DNA of 57,506 nt. It comes from a virus. Lineage: Duplodnaviria > Caudoviricetes. The position numbers and the translations under genes were made by a program. Below the pieces are notes generated by a model. The model ran no database searches. It saw nothing but the letters and a program-made list of their open reading frames with translations, and was not told the DNA's origin. Numbering within the stretch: the stretch's first letter is position 1; the number at the start of each line of letters is the position of its first letter. Shown here one piece after another: positions 1 to 9,754 of this stretch. The stretch lies in the IMG/VR virus record IMGVR_UViG_3300032322_001172, positions 1 through 57,506 of that record. The stretch is one strand, 5' to 3'.

Positions 1-1537
1 CTGGTGGTGGCGGTGGTGGCGGTGGTGGCGGTGGTGGCGGTGGTGGCGGTGGTGGCGGTGCTGGTGGCACTGTTACCGAATTAGCTGTCCATGACCCGTA
101 TGTTACAGAGGGAGACTCTACTACAACATTCCCAAGTGATGCAGGAATCAATGAGCCGGATGCTTCTAAGGTTGAAACTGCTATTCCAAAAGTTCCGTCT
201 ACTAGATCTCCCGGAGATGGAGGACCAGGATCAGTATAATTATCAATATATTCTATTAAAAATTCTATTGATTTCGAAGTTCCTAAACTATTGTTACTAA
301 CATCAGTACATCTTGCAGAAATTCTAAAACTATTAGAACCGTATGGACTACTTCCAGATAGACTATACCATTGATCAAAAGTACTTCTTAATCTATAAAA
401 ATTCTGCCCGTTAGTTGGAGATAAACCAGTTCCCGGTGTATTTGCTCCAAACGCTGGTAAAGCTGAAGTTACAGAAGTTAAAAGATTGGACCAACTTAAA
501 TTTTGTGAAGTGGAAACTCCTCCGGTTCTACTCGAAGTGAATCTAATTTTTCCACCAGTGTTAAAAAAATATCTAGCTTGATTTGCTGTTGAAAAAGTAA
601 CATTAATCCTTGTCGACAACGAACTGTTCCAAGATATTGCTACTCCTGGAAATGTAATCGATGAAGAACTTTTATTAACTGTTATTGCTCGACTAACTGT
701 ATCTATGAGAAACCTATTCGAAGGTTGAGATAATAATGTAACTTCGTTTAAGTAATTTGTTTTTGGATAATTTGCTGAAGAAGTCGTAGATGTTATTGCA
801 GTAGAAGAAACTGTCTGATTGGTACTAACATTCCATACACTTAGACCCCAGGGATCGTTAAATCTAGCTGTCAATGTTGTCGTTCCGGTTCCATAAGTTC
901 CGGGATCGTTCAAATACTGAAAAGTTACAGTAGTAGTTGTTGCTGAAATTACTTTTACATTACCATTATAAGAAGGATTTGAATTTCCAGAAATTACAAA
1001 ACCCTGTCCTGTAGAAAAACTTTGAGGCTGTGTAGGAATATTAAAAACTACATTACATGTTCCATCTGCATTAGCGGTCTTAGAAGAAAATCCTGTTAAA
1101 TTTATTGAAAAAAGAGGACCTTGACCTGTTATACTAGTTGAAGGTGTAACACCGCTACCTGTTATAACTTGTCCTATAGCTACCATCCCAGAGCTTACTC
1201 CGGTTACAGTTAATCTATTTCCAGAAATTGACCCTGTAAAATTTACTGTGCCTGCCGACTTTACAGTTTCGTTATCAATTAATCCAATTAACGATGAAGA
1301 TGGTACCCCGGTTTGATGCCGATTTATATTATTAATATCGTTAGAGAGTTTACTCCAATCTGATTTTTTAATTTGTGTACCTTCTGATAGAATTACACTA
1401 TTTCTCAACTGTCCGTAACCGTAAGAAGGATCAACTGTTGTAGTTCCGGGAACAAATCCGCCCGGTCCCATAACAGCAGTTATATAATCAACAATTGCGT
1501 TATAATCTGCTACTGAAATTTTAGAATTTACAGTCAT
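1..1537 (-). CDS. Virion appendage/fibre protein, partial (runs off the left edge); paralogue of 6965..7873 and of the N-terminus of 2984..6910
   Basis: Not in the ORF track. ATG at 1537 reads MTVNSKISVADYNAIVDYI...YGYGQ...HQTG...ARYFFNTGGKIRFTSSRTGG, and the same frame ends in ...WTANSVTVPPA followed by 19 Pro at the edge. A TAAATA lies about 20 nt upstream. Confidence 0.85.
   Translation of the reverse strand, partial: MTVNSKISVADYNAIVDYITAVMGPGGFVPGTTTVDPSYGYGQLRNSVILSEGTQIKKSDWSKLSNDINNINRHQTGVPSSSLIGLIDNETVKSAGTVNFTGSISGNRLTVTGVSSGMVAIGQVITGSGVTPSTSITGQGPLFSINLTGFSSKTANADGTCNVVFNIPTQPQSFSTGQGFVISGNSNPSYNGNVKVISATTTTVTFQYLNDPGTYGTGTTTLTARFNDPWGLSVWNVSTNQTVSSTAITSTTSSANYPKTNYLNEVTLLSQPSNRFLIDTVSRAITVNKSSSSITFPGVAISWNSSLSTRINVTFSTANQARYFFNTGGKIRFTSSRTGGVSTSQNLSWSNLLTSVTSALPAFGANTPGTGLSPTNGQNFYRLRSTFDQWYSLSGSSPYGSNSFRISARCTDVSNNSLGTSKSIEFLIEYIDNYTDPGPPSPGDLVDGTFGIAVSTLEASGSLIPASLGNVVVESPSVTYGSWTANSVTVPPAPPPPPPPPPPPPPPPPPPP
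5..58 (-). repeat. 9-bp tandem repeat (CCG CCA CCA)x6 encoding a poly-proline tract
   Basis: The plus strand reads TGGTGGCGG six times from 5 to 58, in frame with the 1537 ORF. Confidence 0.9.
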
Positions 1538-1557
1538 ATATTATCTAATCTTTGAGT

Positions 1558-1563
1558 TATTTA
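1558..1563 (-). promoter_or_regulatory. Putative late promoter (TAAATA, T4 TATAAATA-like)
   Basis: Plus-strand TATTTA in the short intergenic gap upstream of ATG 1537. The same hexamer recurs upstream of several structural genes, and a gp55-like sigma is encoded in the window. Confidence 0.6.
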
Positions 1564-1589
1564 TGATGAAAAAAATCTTAAAAAATATT

Positions 1590-2984
1590 TCATCCTTCCC
1601 AACTTATTCTAGCATAACCGTCGGCACCCGGGGATCCATTTGGATTATTTGTTCTATGGTCTCCGCCGGCTCCCCCTCCGGATCCGTCGCCGCCGACAGC
1701 AGTTTTGGGTGTAAAAGGATACTTATCATTACCGCCAGTGACTCCCCCGCCTCCGCCTTCGGCAGAAACAGATACCGATAAACCAGTAGTTTGAGATTTT
1801 ACTGTTGTCATGCTACCTTTAATTCCGGATCGGGCTGATGCGACATTGTTATTGTATTTTCCACCGCTACCGCCAACCCCTACTGATATACTTAAATTTA
1901 TATCTGTATTTCTTAAGTTTGCAGGAACGCTATATGTTTTGGACGATGTATACCCATTTCCTCCGCTGCCTCCGGGGTGCCCGGTGAGTTGTTTGCATCC
2001 AGCATGATAAGAACCGCCTCCGCCTCCGCCACCAGATACTGTTACTGTAAAAGAAGTTATACCCACAGGTAATGTAAAATTTGTACTAGAAGTAAACACT
2101 CGGCTACCGGAAACTGGATCTTTCGAAGTATCATTGATAGTTACAGCCAAACTACTAGCAAGCTCTGTAGTGTTTCCGGTTATTCGATTTTTAGATTTTA
2201 CAACTACTTTAAATTGTTCTAATCCGCTCTCGGTCGATCTATCAGCCTTTACTGTGATAACCCTCGTATCCTGACTAGCAAATATTGTTCCTTGAAATAA
2301 TTCTCCGGTTAACGGAGAAGAAAAATCGTTCGATGTAACATCGCCTGCTATTCCAACTATTTCGTAAATATAATCTACTGTTGAAGTAATAGTGCTTAAA
2401 GTAAAATTTCTTCTGAAAGAAAAAGTAACCGAACCGCCCTCATCAACAGTTGTAATGCTCGGAGTTATAGATATACCAGGATCCACTGGTGCTACTGTTT
2501 TGCTGGTATCTACTACTACAACCGCATCTGATGTTGCTACTACTGGTCCTGAAACTGAATTTTTTCTTAATTCTAAAATTATAGTTTCGTTGTTCTCGGT
2601 TAATTGATCATTAGTTAAGGTTTTCGAAATTGACCCTCTTCCGGAACTAATAGCAATCGATCCACTGTTTTCACCGTCTGCAAAATCTTTAGCTGTAGTT
2701 GTTCCTTTATTGGTATAATATAAAAACCCAGAAGATATTTCAGATGAAGATACCGACCAGGTAACTGTTTGACCTTCAGATACCGTTGTGATATTTGGCG
2801 TTATTTTACTAATCCCCACAGGAACAGGAACTATGATTGGTTCAGGAACTGGTACTGGTATTGGTACTGGTACTGGACTTGGAATTGGATTTGGAACTGG
2901 CACTGGAGTTGTTGGCAATATCAAACTCACAGTCTGACTAGATTGTCCATTATTCAAGCTGATGGTAAAATTTTTAGTAGACAT
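1590..2984 (-). CDS. Virion appendage protein: PVP linker, two Calx-beta/Ig-like domains, C-terminal glycine-rich domain
   Basis: ORF-track 468 aa; the start is more likely MSTKNF at 2984 (TAATG overlap with the upstream stop). Two 'ITP.ITTV.EG..VT' modules and a C-terminal 'GGGGGG...GADGYARISW' domain. Confidence 0.75.
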   Translation of the reverse strand: MSTKNFTISLNNGQSSQTVSLILPTTPVPVPNPIPSPVPVPIPVPVPEPIIVPVPVGISKITPNITTVSEGQTVTWSVSSSEISSGFLYYTNKGTTTAKDFADGENSGSIAISSGRGSISKTLTNDQLTENNETIILELRKNSVSGPVVATSDAVVVVDTSKTVAPVDPGISITPSITTVDEGGSVTFSFRRNFTLSTITSTVDYIYEIVGIAGDVTSNDFSSPLTGELFQGTIFASQDTRVITVKADRSTESGLEQFKVVVKSKNRITGNTTELASSLAVTINDTSKDPVSGSRVFTSSTNFTLPVGITSFTVTVSGGGGGGGSYHAGCKQLTGHPGGSGGNGYTSSKTYSVPANLRNTDINLSISVGVGGSGGKYNNNVASARSGIKGSMTTVKSQTTGLSVSVSAEGGGGGVTGGNDKYPFTPKTAVGGDGSGGGAGGDHRTNNPNGSPGADGYARISWEG

Positions 2985-5900
2985 TATTCTTCCCACTCAA
3001 TCTTAATATATCCATTGGTTCCTGCTCCGCCGCCGCCTTGAGGGGGTGATCCTCCGCTTTGTCCGAACCCGCCGCCACCACCTGCGCCGTATCCCGATCC
3101 AGCTTGGCCATTATTTTGGCTAACTGTTCCCTCTGCTCCTCCTGTGCCGTATCCAGGAATTCCGCCTCCGCGGCCACCAGAAGTAACCACTGAACCTAGT
3201 TTACCAGCCGAACCTTTCACTACCTGACCGTCGGTTCCAGAAATACCGCCTTCTGGGGCTAAACCTCGTTGATTAAAATGATTAGAATATCCTGTATTTG
3301 GTGGATTTCCTCCGGCAGCTACTACAGTACCGAAACTAGTTCTTGCACCGGCTGACCCATTTTTAACAGAACCGCCTGTAGTTTTGGCAGCACCTGCCCC
3401 GCCTTTTCCTACTGAGTAAGAAATTTTCTGACCAGGTGTTACTGAAATAGTTCTTTGATTAAATCCTCCAGAAGATCCGCCACCACCACCGGAAACATAC
3501 GGGTTGGCTTCTGAACCAGAAGCACCCCCGGCTCCGCCGCCGATAGCTGTTACAGATACACTAGTAACTCCTGCCGGAACTGTCCATGTTCCCGATCCTG
3601 AGGACCAGCTTTGTTCTTTTTTCTGTTTTGGAATTACTCTTTCTGGAATTTGTAAAGTTTTTGTATATGGTGTAAGACCCTCTCTAGTGACTGTTGCTGT
3701 GACATTAAATGCTTTATGGGGCGCCTTAACTCTAAATGTTGCTCTAGTATTATTACCTGATATTACAGACCATACAAGATTTCCACCGGCAGGATTGTCA
3801 AAAGTTCCTGTGGTATCAAAATTCTGATTAGGTGCAGAGTTGAGAGCGTACCTATATGTTCCGTATCCTGGCCCTGTAACTGTTAATTTAAATTCAGTAT
3901 AATTTGTCGTGCCATTATACTCTGTAGTAAAATCTGCAGAAATTGCCTGTGTCGGAACAGGGGCCGGTTTAGTCGAAGTGTCGTAAAGAGTTACCGACGG
4001 ACTTCTTGCTACTACGGTACCGGTCGTTGAGTTCTCTCTCAATTCCATAAAGAACAGCGCATCGCCTTCTGTAATTTTATCTTCCTTAAAGCTAAGAGTA
4101 AAAGTTCCTCTATCGTTAAGTATATCTACCGTATACGATGTTGTGCCTGTAGTAAAGTCTGCCGAGGTTACTGTTGATGAATTTAATGTAGCGTACAACT
4201 TGCCGGTGCCAAATCCCTGTGCTGTAACATCAAAAACTAAACTACTTCCTTCATTTACAGTTAATGATCTTGGACAAATTTTAAAAACAGTTCTTACTGG
4301 TAACACACTTTTTGGTTTACCTTTAATAGTGGTCATTGCCCAAGTATCTGCTTTTTTCGCTGAACCTTGATTGCCCTTCTGATAATATCTCAAATATATA
4401 CTCTGAGAAGGAGATCCAGATATTTGATATGTAATAGTCATAGACCCGTTGGTTCCATTACCACCGCTGGTTCTACCCGCAATACCTCCAGATCCACCGC
4501 CGCCAACATCTTGAGTAAATTGGCCGCCGGAAGGAATAAGATTAGTTCCCCTACTACCTCGATATCCACCAGGATCACCGTTTCCACCACTGGCTCCGCC
4601 TAATCCACCTTGGGATCCGCCACCCCCGCCGCCACTGCCGCCACCGTCAACTCCGGCTAAATTTCCTCTATCAAAACCGTCTCCACCTTTGGTACTTTGA
4701 GTACTTGTTCTGTATGTAGTTTCAGGATTATGAGTTTGTGGAGAACTTGCGCCGGCGCCTGCTCCACCACCACCGCCCCCTGCTATTGCTGTAATTACAT
4801 TATTTTTTAGAAGAACAGTTGCACCGCCACCGCCACCTGCAGCCCCCGATGCACCGTACGACCCCGGACGGCCGCCTTGGCCTCCTTCATACCCAGGATA
4901 AGATTTTCCCCCTTGTGCGGTTAAAAATCTAGCTCCGCCAGATCGTATTACTTCTGATGTATTTCTAATACCGGCAACCTGAGATTCTCCGCCTTCGCCA
5001 CCGCCTCCGGTGTATACAGAAATTATATCTAAAGGAGTTACTGGTAGTGTAAAAGTTATTTTTTGACGACCCTGACCATCTTGGCCGTTAGGAGTATTAT
5101 AGCCACCACCTCCGCCTGCACCGGAATACATGGTAATGTCTAAACTAGTTACTCTGTCCGGAACTACAAAAGTTTGAATTCCCTCAGCATAAGGAAATTC
5201 TCTTACTATAGTTGTAATTGTGCTTGCAGACGGAACATTAACACTTTTTTCTATCCATACATCGTTAGGAATCTCACTGACTGTATATCTTTCTAATGTT
5301 ATCCAATTTCTGTTATCTGAAGAATATTGTAGTTCTAAAGCCTCATCTTCTGCTGTGCCGCTGTTCTTTTCTGGAACTTGACCCCATCCACTTTCTGTTC
5401 CTTTGTTTATTTTAAAAACAAATTGACTTATGTCGGAAACATTAACAGGATTTTTTGTTGCTATAAATCTTTCGTAGTTTGTAGCAGATGCTATTGTAGA
5501 AACTGATGCATTTATTCCAAAAACCGACACTGGGTGCGTATCTTCAGTTTTTGGATCTAGCATTCCTGGATAATTAAAATATCTCGCAACGCTTTGATGG
5601 TTAGGTAATCCTATAGTCCATGCTGCCGAATTAGAAAGATCTAAAACATTTGTCCAATTGTTTCTATCATTGATATCTTGTCTAATTACAACAAATTCTT
5701 GACAAACATCAACTGGAACTGGAATAGGATTCGGAACTGGTACTGGCACCGGTATTGGTGAAGGAATAGGATTTGGAACCGGAACTGGTTGAGGAATATA
5801 ATTAGGTACGCCAACATAATCGCTGCTAGTAGTTGCAAAAGTTTTAGTAGCTTGATTATCAAAAACTACAAAACTGGATGTCAACGGACTGTTGCCAATT

Positions 5901-6910
5901 TCGTTGCTATTAACTCCCGTAATCGTATAAGGTACTGCTTCACCGTCAGGAACATTTATCGTATTAAGTGTAATTGTAAACGAATCATTTACTGCACTGG
6001 CCGACAATTTATTCTTTGTCAAAGAATATACTTTGTTAGGCTGACCGGTTAAAGTTATATTCTGTAAATTATAATCTGGTTCAGAAATAGTAAAAAATCT
6101 ATCATTGTTTAAAGGTCCCGATGGGAGTAACTGAGAAACATCTATTTGTAATCTACCATCTACTTTATCTGATACTCCTGCAAAAGAATCTTCCCAAGTA
6201 ATCCTAAAAGTTATCTGGCTGGCTGACCCTGTAGAGTTATCATTAGTATTAACTGTAGCTTCTATTCTATAGTAATTTGAAGAATATGGAGTAGAAAGAT
6301 TTTTTTGATAAACGGTTTTATATTGATTGTTTAAGTTATAAAATCCTGCAAAGAGAGAATTATATGCTTTAAAATCTACACTTGCCGCTGAATTTAATAT
6401 ATTAGTCCATGCGCCATTTTGAGGTGTATCTGTTCCGCCGGATCTAGAACTAGAAAATCTGATCAATCCGCCGCTGTTAAAAAAATGTCTAGCTCGATCG
6501 CTGGTTTCAAAAGTAATTGTAAGTATGGCTTGAGCTCTTTGAGACCAAGGAATAGATATACTTTTTACAGCTTTGGCCGAAATTACTGATCTTCCCGTTC
6601 CGATAAAAAATCTATTACTATCTAAAGTATTAACAAGAGTTTCTATCTGATTTAAATCAGAAAGAGTAATAGTTGTATTGCTATCAAAATTTGGGACTGA
6701 AGGGATCGAACCTGTTTGATGTATTAGAGTATTTGATAAATCTTCAGTTAATTCTTTCCATTGATTTATCGAAATTACTGATCCTTCTTGTGCTTCTAAA
6801 CTTACTAATGTTTGACCGTATCCTCTATCCGAAAACCCGTTACCTAAGATATTTGCTATCTTAGTTCTTAACTGATTATAATCATTTTCATCAACGCTTC
6901 GTTCGGACAT
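2984..6910 (-). CDS. Large modular tail fibre/appendage protein (1308 aa)
   Basis: N-terminal domain shared with 6965..7873 (GYGQ, HQTG, ARHFFNSGG), PVP linker, Calx-beta-like module and two glycine-rich domains. Confidence 0.8.
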   Translation of the reverse strand: MSERSVDENDYNQLRTKIANILGNGFSDRGYGQTLVSLEAQEGSVISINQWKELTEDLSNTLIHQTGSIPSVPNFDSNTTITLSDLNQIETLVNTLDSNRFFIGTGRSVISAKAVKSISIPWSQRAQAILTITFETSDRARHFFNSGGLIRFSSSRSGGTDTPQNGAWTNILNSAASVDFKAYNSLFAGFYNLNNQYKTVYQKNLSTPYSSNYYRIEATVNTNDNSTGSASQITFRITWEDSFAGVSDKVDGRLQIDVSQLLPSGPLNNDRFFTISEPDYNLQNITLTGQPNKVYSLTKNKLSASAVNDSFTITLNTINVPDGEAVPYTITGVNSNEIGNSPLTSSFVVFDNQATKTFATTSSDYVGVPNYIPQPVPVPNPIPSPIPVPVPVPNPIPVPVDVCQEFVVIRQDINDRNNWTNVLDLSNSAAWTIGLPNHQSVARYFNYPGMLDPKTEDTHPVSVFGINASVSTIASATNYERFIATKNPVNVSDISQFVFKINKGTESGWGQVPEKNSGTAEDEALELQYSSDNRNWITLERYTVSEIPNDVWIEKSVNVPSASTITTIVREFPYAEGIQTFVVPDRVTSLDITMYSGAGGGGGYNTPNGQDGQGRQKITFTLPVTPLDIISVYTGGGGEGGESQVAGIRNTSEVIRSGGARFLTAQGGKSYPGYEGGQGGRPGSYGASGAAGGGGGATVLLKNNVITAIAGGGGGGAGAGASSPQTHNPETTYRTSTQSTKGGDGFDRGNLAGVDGGGSGGGGGGSQGGLGGASGGNGDPGGYRGSRGTNLIPSGGQFTQDVGGGGSGGIAGRTSGGNGTNGSMTITYQISGSPSQSIYLRYYQKGNQGSAKKADTWAMTTIKGKPKSVLPVRTVFKICPRSLTVNEGSSLVFDVTAQGFGTGKLYATLNSSTVTSADFTTGTTSYTVDILNDRGTFTLSFKEDKITEGDALFFMELRENSTTGTVVARSPSVTLYDTSTKPAPVPTQAISADFTTEYNGTTNYTEFKLTVTGPGYGTYRYALNSAPNQNFDTTGTFDNPAGGNLVWSVISGNNTRATFRVKAPHKAFNVTATVTREGLTPYTKTLQIPERVIPKQKKEQSWSSGSGTWTVPAGVTSVSVTAIGGGAGGASGSEANPYVSGGGGGSSGGFNQRTISVTPGQKISYSVGKGGAGAAKTTGGSVKNGSAGARTSFGTVVAAGGNPPNTGYSNHFNQRGLAPEGGISGTDGQVVKGSAGKLGSVVTSGGRGGGIPGYGTGGAEGTVSQNNGQAGSGYGAGGGGGFGQSGGSPPQGGGGAGTNGYIKIEWEE

Positions 6911-6964
6911 ATCATCATTCGATTAAAATTTGGTCTTATGCAAGTAGAAGGAGCATTAGTGTAT

Positions 6965-7873
6965 CTACGGTGTTATACTCGAAATAGTATAACTAGGCCC
7001 TACGACCGAAAAAGCACCAAACCCATCGGGTTTCAATAAACCACTAGCTCGTTGCTCTTCAACACTAAAACTTATTTCTCCGTCTACTTGATCATTAGGT
7101 AGGGAAGGTTTCAGATCTACATAATTATCAGCCCAGGTCAATCTTAGAGTTACCTGTGTTGCTGTTCCTTCACTGTTGTTTACAACATTTGATCTAGCTT
7201 CAATTCTATATGTATTCGCCGAGTACAGATAATATCCAGAACCAGTATAAAGAGCCACGGTCTGATAGGTATCAGTTAAAGTGTAAAAATTTACACTAGA
7301 CGAAGTTCCTGCTCCAAATTGAACTACTCCTGCTGCGGTCAACATATTGGTCCAAGATGTATTTTGTGCCGAAACCGAACCGCCTGTTCTCGAACTGCTT
7401 ATTCTTACTTTCCCGCCACTATTAAAGAACCATCTAGCTTCGTTGGCTGTGGAAAAAGATAAAGTAATTGTAGCTTGTATTTGATTGCTCCAAGGCACCG
7501 CATAAGTTTGTGAACCTTTGCCTTCTATGACACTTTGTCCTAGAGCAAGATTAAATCTATTTGCATCTGCTGTGGTCAGAGCACTTTCATACGAAGATAA
7601 TGGATAAGAAGCTCCTAGTCGTACAACCTGTCCCGAATCAACATTAGGCAATATGGGAATTACACCTGTTTGATGAATAAGAATATTAAGTAAATCAAAA
7701 TATAAAGCATCCCATTGTTCGTCTTGAACCACCACCGGAGTAGGGGGATCCGGAAGAGCCACACTGCCTAATGCCTGACCGTATCCTCTCGATCCTGTGC
7801 CAGCGCCTAGAAGAGAATTTATCGTAGATCTAATTATGTTATAATCAGTTCGAGTAATAGTACGAGTGGTCAT
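6965..7873 (-). CDS. Virion structural protein; stand-alone version of the 'AR.FFN.GG' domain
   Basis: 302 aa; aligns by eye with the N-termini of the two downstream paralogues. Confidence 0.75.
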   Translation of the reverse strand: MTTRTITRTDYNIIRSTINSLLGAGTGSRGYGQALGSVALPDPPTPVVVQDEQWDALYFDLLNILIHQTGVIPILPNVDSGQVVRLGASYPLSSYESALTTADANRFNLALGQSVIEGKGSQTYAVPWSNQIQATITLSFSTANEARWFFNSGGKVRISSSRTGGSVSAQNTSWTNMLTAAGVVQFGAGTSSSVNFYTLTDTYQTVALYTGSGYYLYSANTYRIEARSNVVNNSEGTATQVTLRLTWADNYVDLKPSLPNDQVDGEISFSVEEQRASGLLKPDGFGAFSVVGPSYTISSITP

Positions 7874-7874
7874 T

Positions 7875-9710
7875 TTATAATATCACCGATTCAATCAATT
7901 TAATTCCTGTGTCATCGCTCGATTCTAATGCTATTGCAAATACATCAGCGAATTGATGGAATGAAGCATGTACCGCGCAGCCATTATCTGAAGCTACTAA
8001 TCGATCTCCCTTCTTTATACTACCTACTACTTTGACTGGTACACGACCTTTCAAAGCTACTGCTTGACCTTCTGCTTCGCTATTCATTAGATAGGCTGGT
8101 TTTTCTGATATAGCACCGATAGCACGATCACCAAATACAGATGCACGAACTTCTTTTTCACCGCCTACTGTAACTACTGTACCTACAGAATAATAAGTAT
8201 CTGTATTGTATATCTCTGCTAAGTCAGCGTATCTTGCTGCTGTAGCTGTTCCTTGGAATAAATTAGCTGTTATGTTACCGCCAGAGTCTCTAGCAGCTAT
8301 TGTATTAGCTGTTGCTGTTAGAGCAGTAGATCTGTATTCGGTTCCAACTAATAATTGATCAGATTTTTCTGCTATTCCTTTAAAAATTCTTGCTGTGATA
8401 TCGCCATTAGGATCTCTAATAGGAACTGAGGATTTATCTCCTAGTTCTGTAATACCGTCTTCAGCTAATGGAAATCCTATCGATGGTTTATAAACTGTTA
8501 ATCTATCAGCTGTAGTCGATGAGTTAGCGGATCCTGTACAATCTCCTTGCAATGTTCCAATAATACTTGCACCGGTGTAACCGATAGTTTTAGTACTACC
8601 GTCGATCACTACTGTACCGTCGTCTGTTTGGTAAGTACCTTTGAATATTGTGATAGGCTGAGATACATCAACTACCGGCGAAGTTGGAGTAGCTGAATTT
8701 AGATTTAAAACAACTCCAGATAAAGAGCCGTAAAATCTATCGGCATAGACATTTCTCCAAATAATTGTTTCTGTTCCGATATCGTATTGATTCGTTTCTC
8801 CAGGTTCTATACTGATTCTTCGAATCTTTAATACACTTCTAGGAGTAAGGCCACCCTCTGTGATTCTAAAGGTAATGTCGTTGCCTAATCTATTTTCAAA
8901 AACTAAATTTTCATTGTTTTCAACACGAACTCGTAGGTCGTTGTCGTTGCCTAATGTAAATCCAGAATCTCTAAAACTAACTTCTTGCTCAAAACTTTGA
9001 TTTCCTTTCTGTAGGAAATTAGTAGCAGGAACACCTCCTAAGAAATCAGCATTTCTAGCTGTTCCCCAGAATCTATGATTAGTTGTAGTAATTCCTGATT
9101 CAGACGAAATTAATGTGATACCTTGTTTTATTAGAGTAAAGTCTGTAGGTGATTCAGGATTTAAAGGATTTAATACTGTATTAAGAGTAAAATCTTCAGA
9201 AGCTCCACTTACTACTGCTATGGTTCTTCCGTTGGATACAAACTTAGCAATGGTTCTAGAAACATTGTTTATGTCTTTTACAGTCTGAGGAATAACTGCC
9301 GAGGTTGATAAGTCGGGACCGGTCTCCGGACCCACTAATACATAATCAGCTCCAGACCAAACATAGACCTGTTTGGCAGTAGAATCGTACCATAAATCGC
9401 CTACTTGCAATCCTGACGGTGCAGTAGAACTTACTTCAGCACCGCTGGCAGTTCTAAATTTAGTTCCGTCATAAAACTTGAGTTTTTTTACACCTGGTGT
9501 ACTATCAAACCATAGTTGACCGGATACTGCTTTTGGAGGAGGGCTTGTATTAGCAAAATTTTCTAATAAATGCAGGAAGTTTTCGTTTTGAGTTTCGCCG
9601 TATCCTGCGTAATTTTTTCCGATTAACCGTAAATCTGAAGTAGTATCTACAGTTCCATCTTCAATTGATGTAAAAAATGTTCCGTTATATCGATCAACCT
9701 GATAGGCCAT
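7875..9710 (-). CDS. Tail fibre/baseplate protein with C-terminal peptidase G2-like (intramolecular chaperone autocleavage) domain
   Basis: N-terminal 'GKNYAGYGE..NENF..LLENFA...GQLWFD' motif; C-terminal 'ARYADLAE...PAYLMN...VALKGRVPVKV...KGDRLV'. Confidence 0.75.
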   Translation of the reverse strand: MAYQVDRYNGTFFTSIEDGTVDTTSDLRLIGKNYAGYGETQNENFLHLLENFANTSPPPKAVSGQLWFDSTPGVKKLKFYDGTKFRTASGAEVSSTAPSGLQVGDLWYDSTAKQVYVWSGADYVLVGPETGPDLSTSAVIPQTVKDINNVSRTIAKFVSNGRTIAVVSGASEDFTLNTVLNPLNPESPTDFTLIKQGITLISSESGITTTNHRFWGTARNADFLGGVPATNFLQKGNQSFEQEVSFRDSGFTLGNDNDLRVRVENNENLVFENRLGNDITFRITEGGLTPRSVLKIRRISIEPGETNQYDIGTETIIWRNVYADRFYGSLSGVVLNLNSATPTSPVVDVSQPITIFKGTYQTDDGTVVIDGSTKTIGYTGASIIGTLQGDCTGSANSSTTADRLTVYKPSIGFPLAEDGITELGDKSSVPIRDPNGDITARIFKGIAEKSDQLLVGTEYRSTALTATANTIAARDSGGNITANLFQGTATAARYADLAEIYNTDTYYSVGTVVTVGGEKEVRASVFGDRAIGAISEKPAYLMNSEAEGQAVALKGRVPVKVVGSIKKGDRLVASDNGCAVHASFHQFADVFAIALESSDDTGIKLIESVIL

Positions 9711-9732
9711 TATCTTGCTCCATTAATTCATA

Positions 9733-9738
9733 TATTTA
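9733..9738 (-). promoter_or_regulatory. Putative late promoter TAAATA
   Basis: Plus-strand TATTTA in the 44-bp gap; GGAG RBS at 9718-9721 ahead of ATG 9710. Confidence 0.6.
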
Positions 9739-9754
9739 CCGTTTTATCGATATA

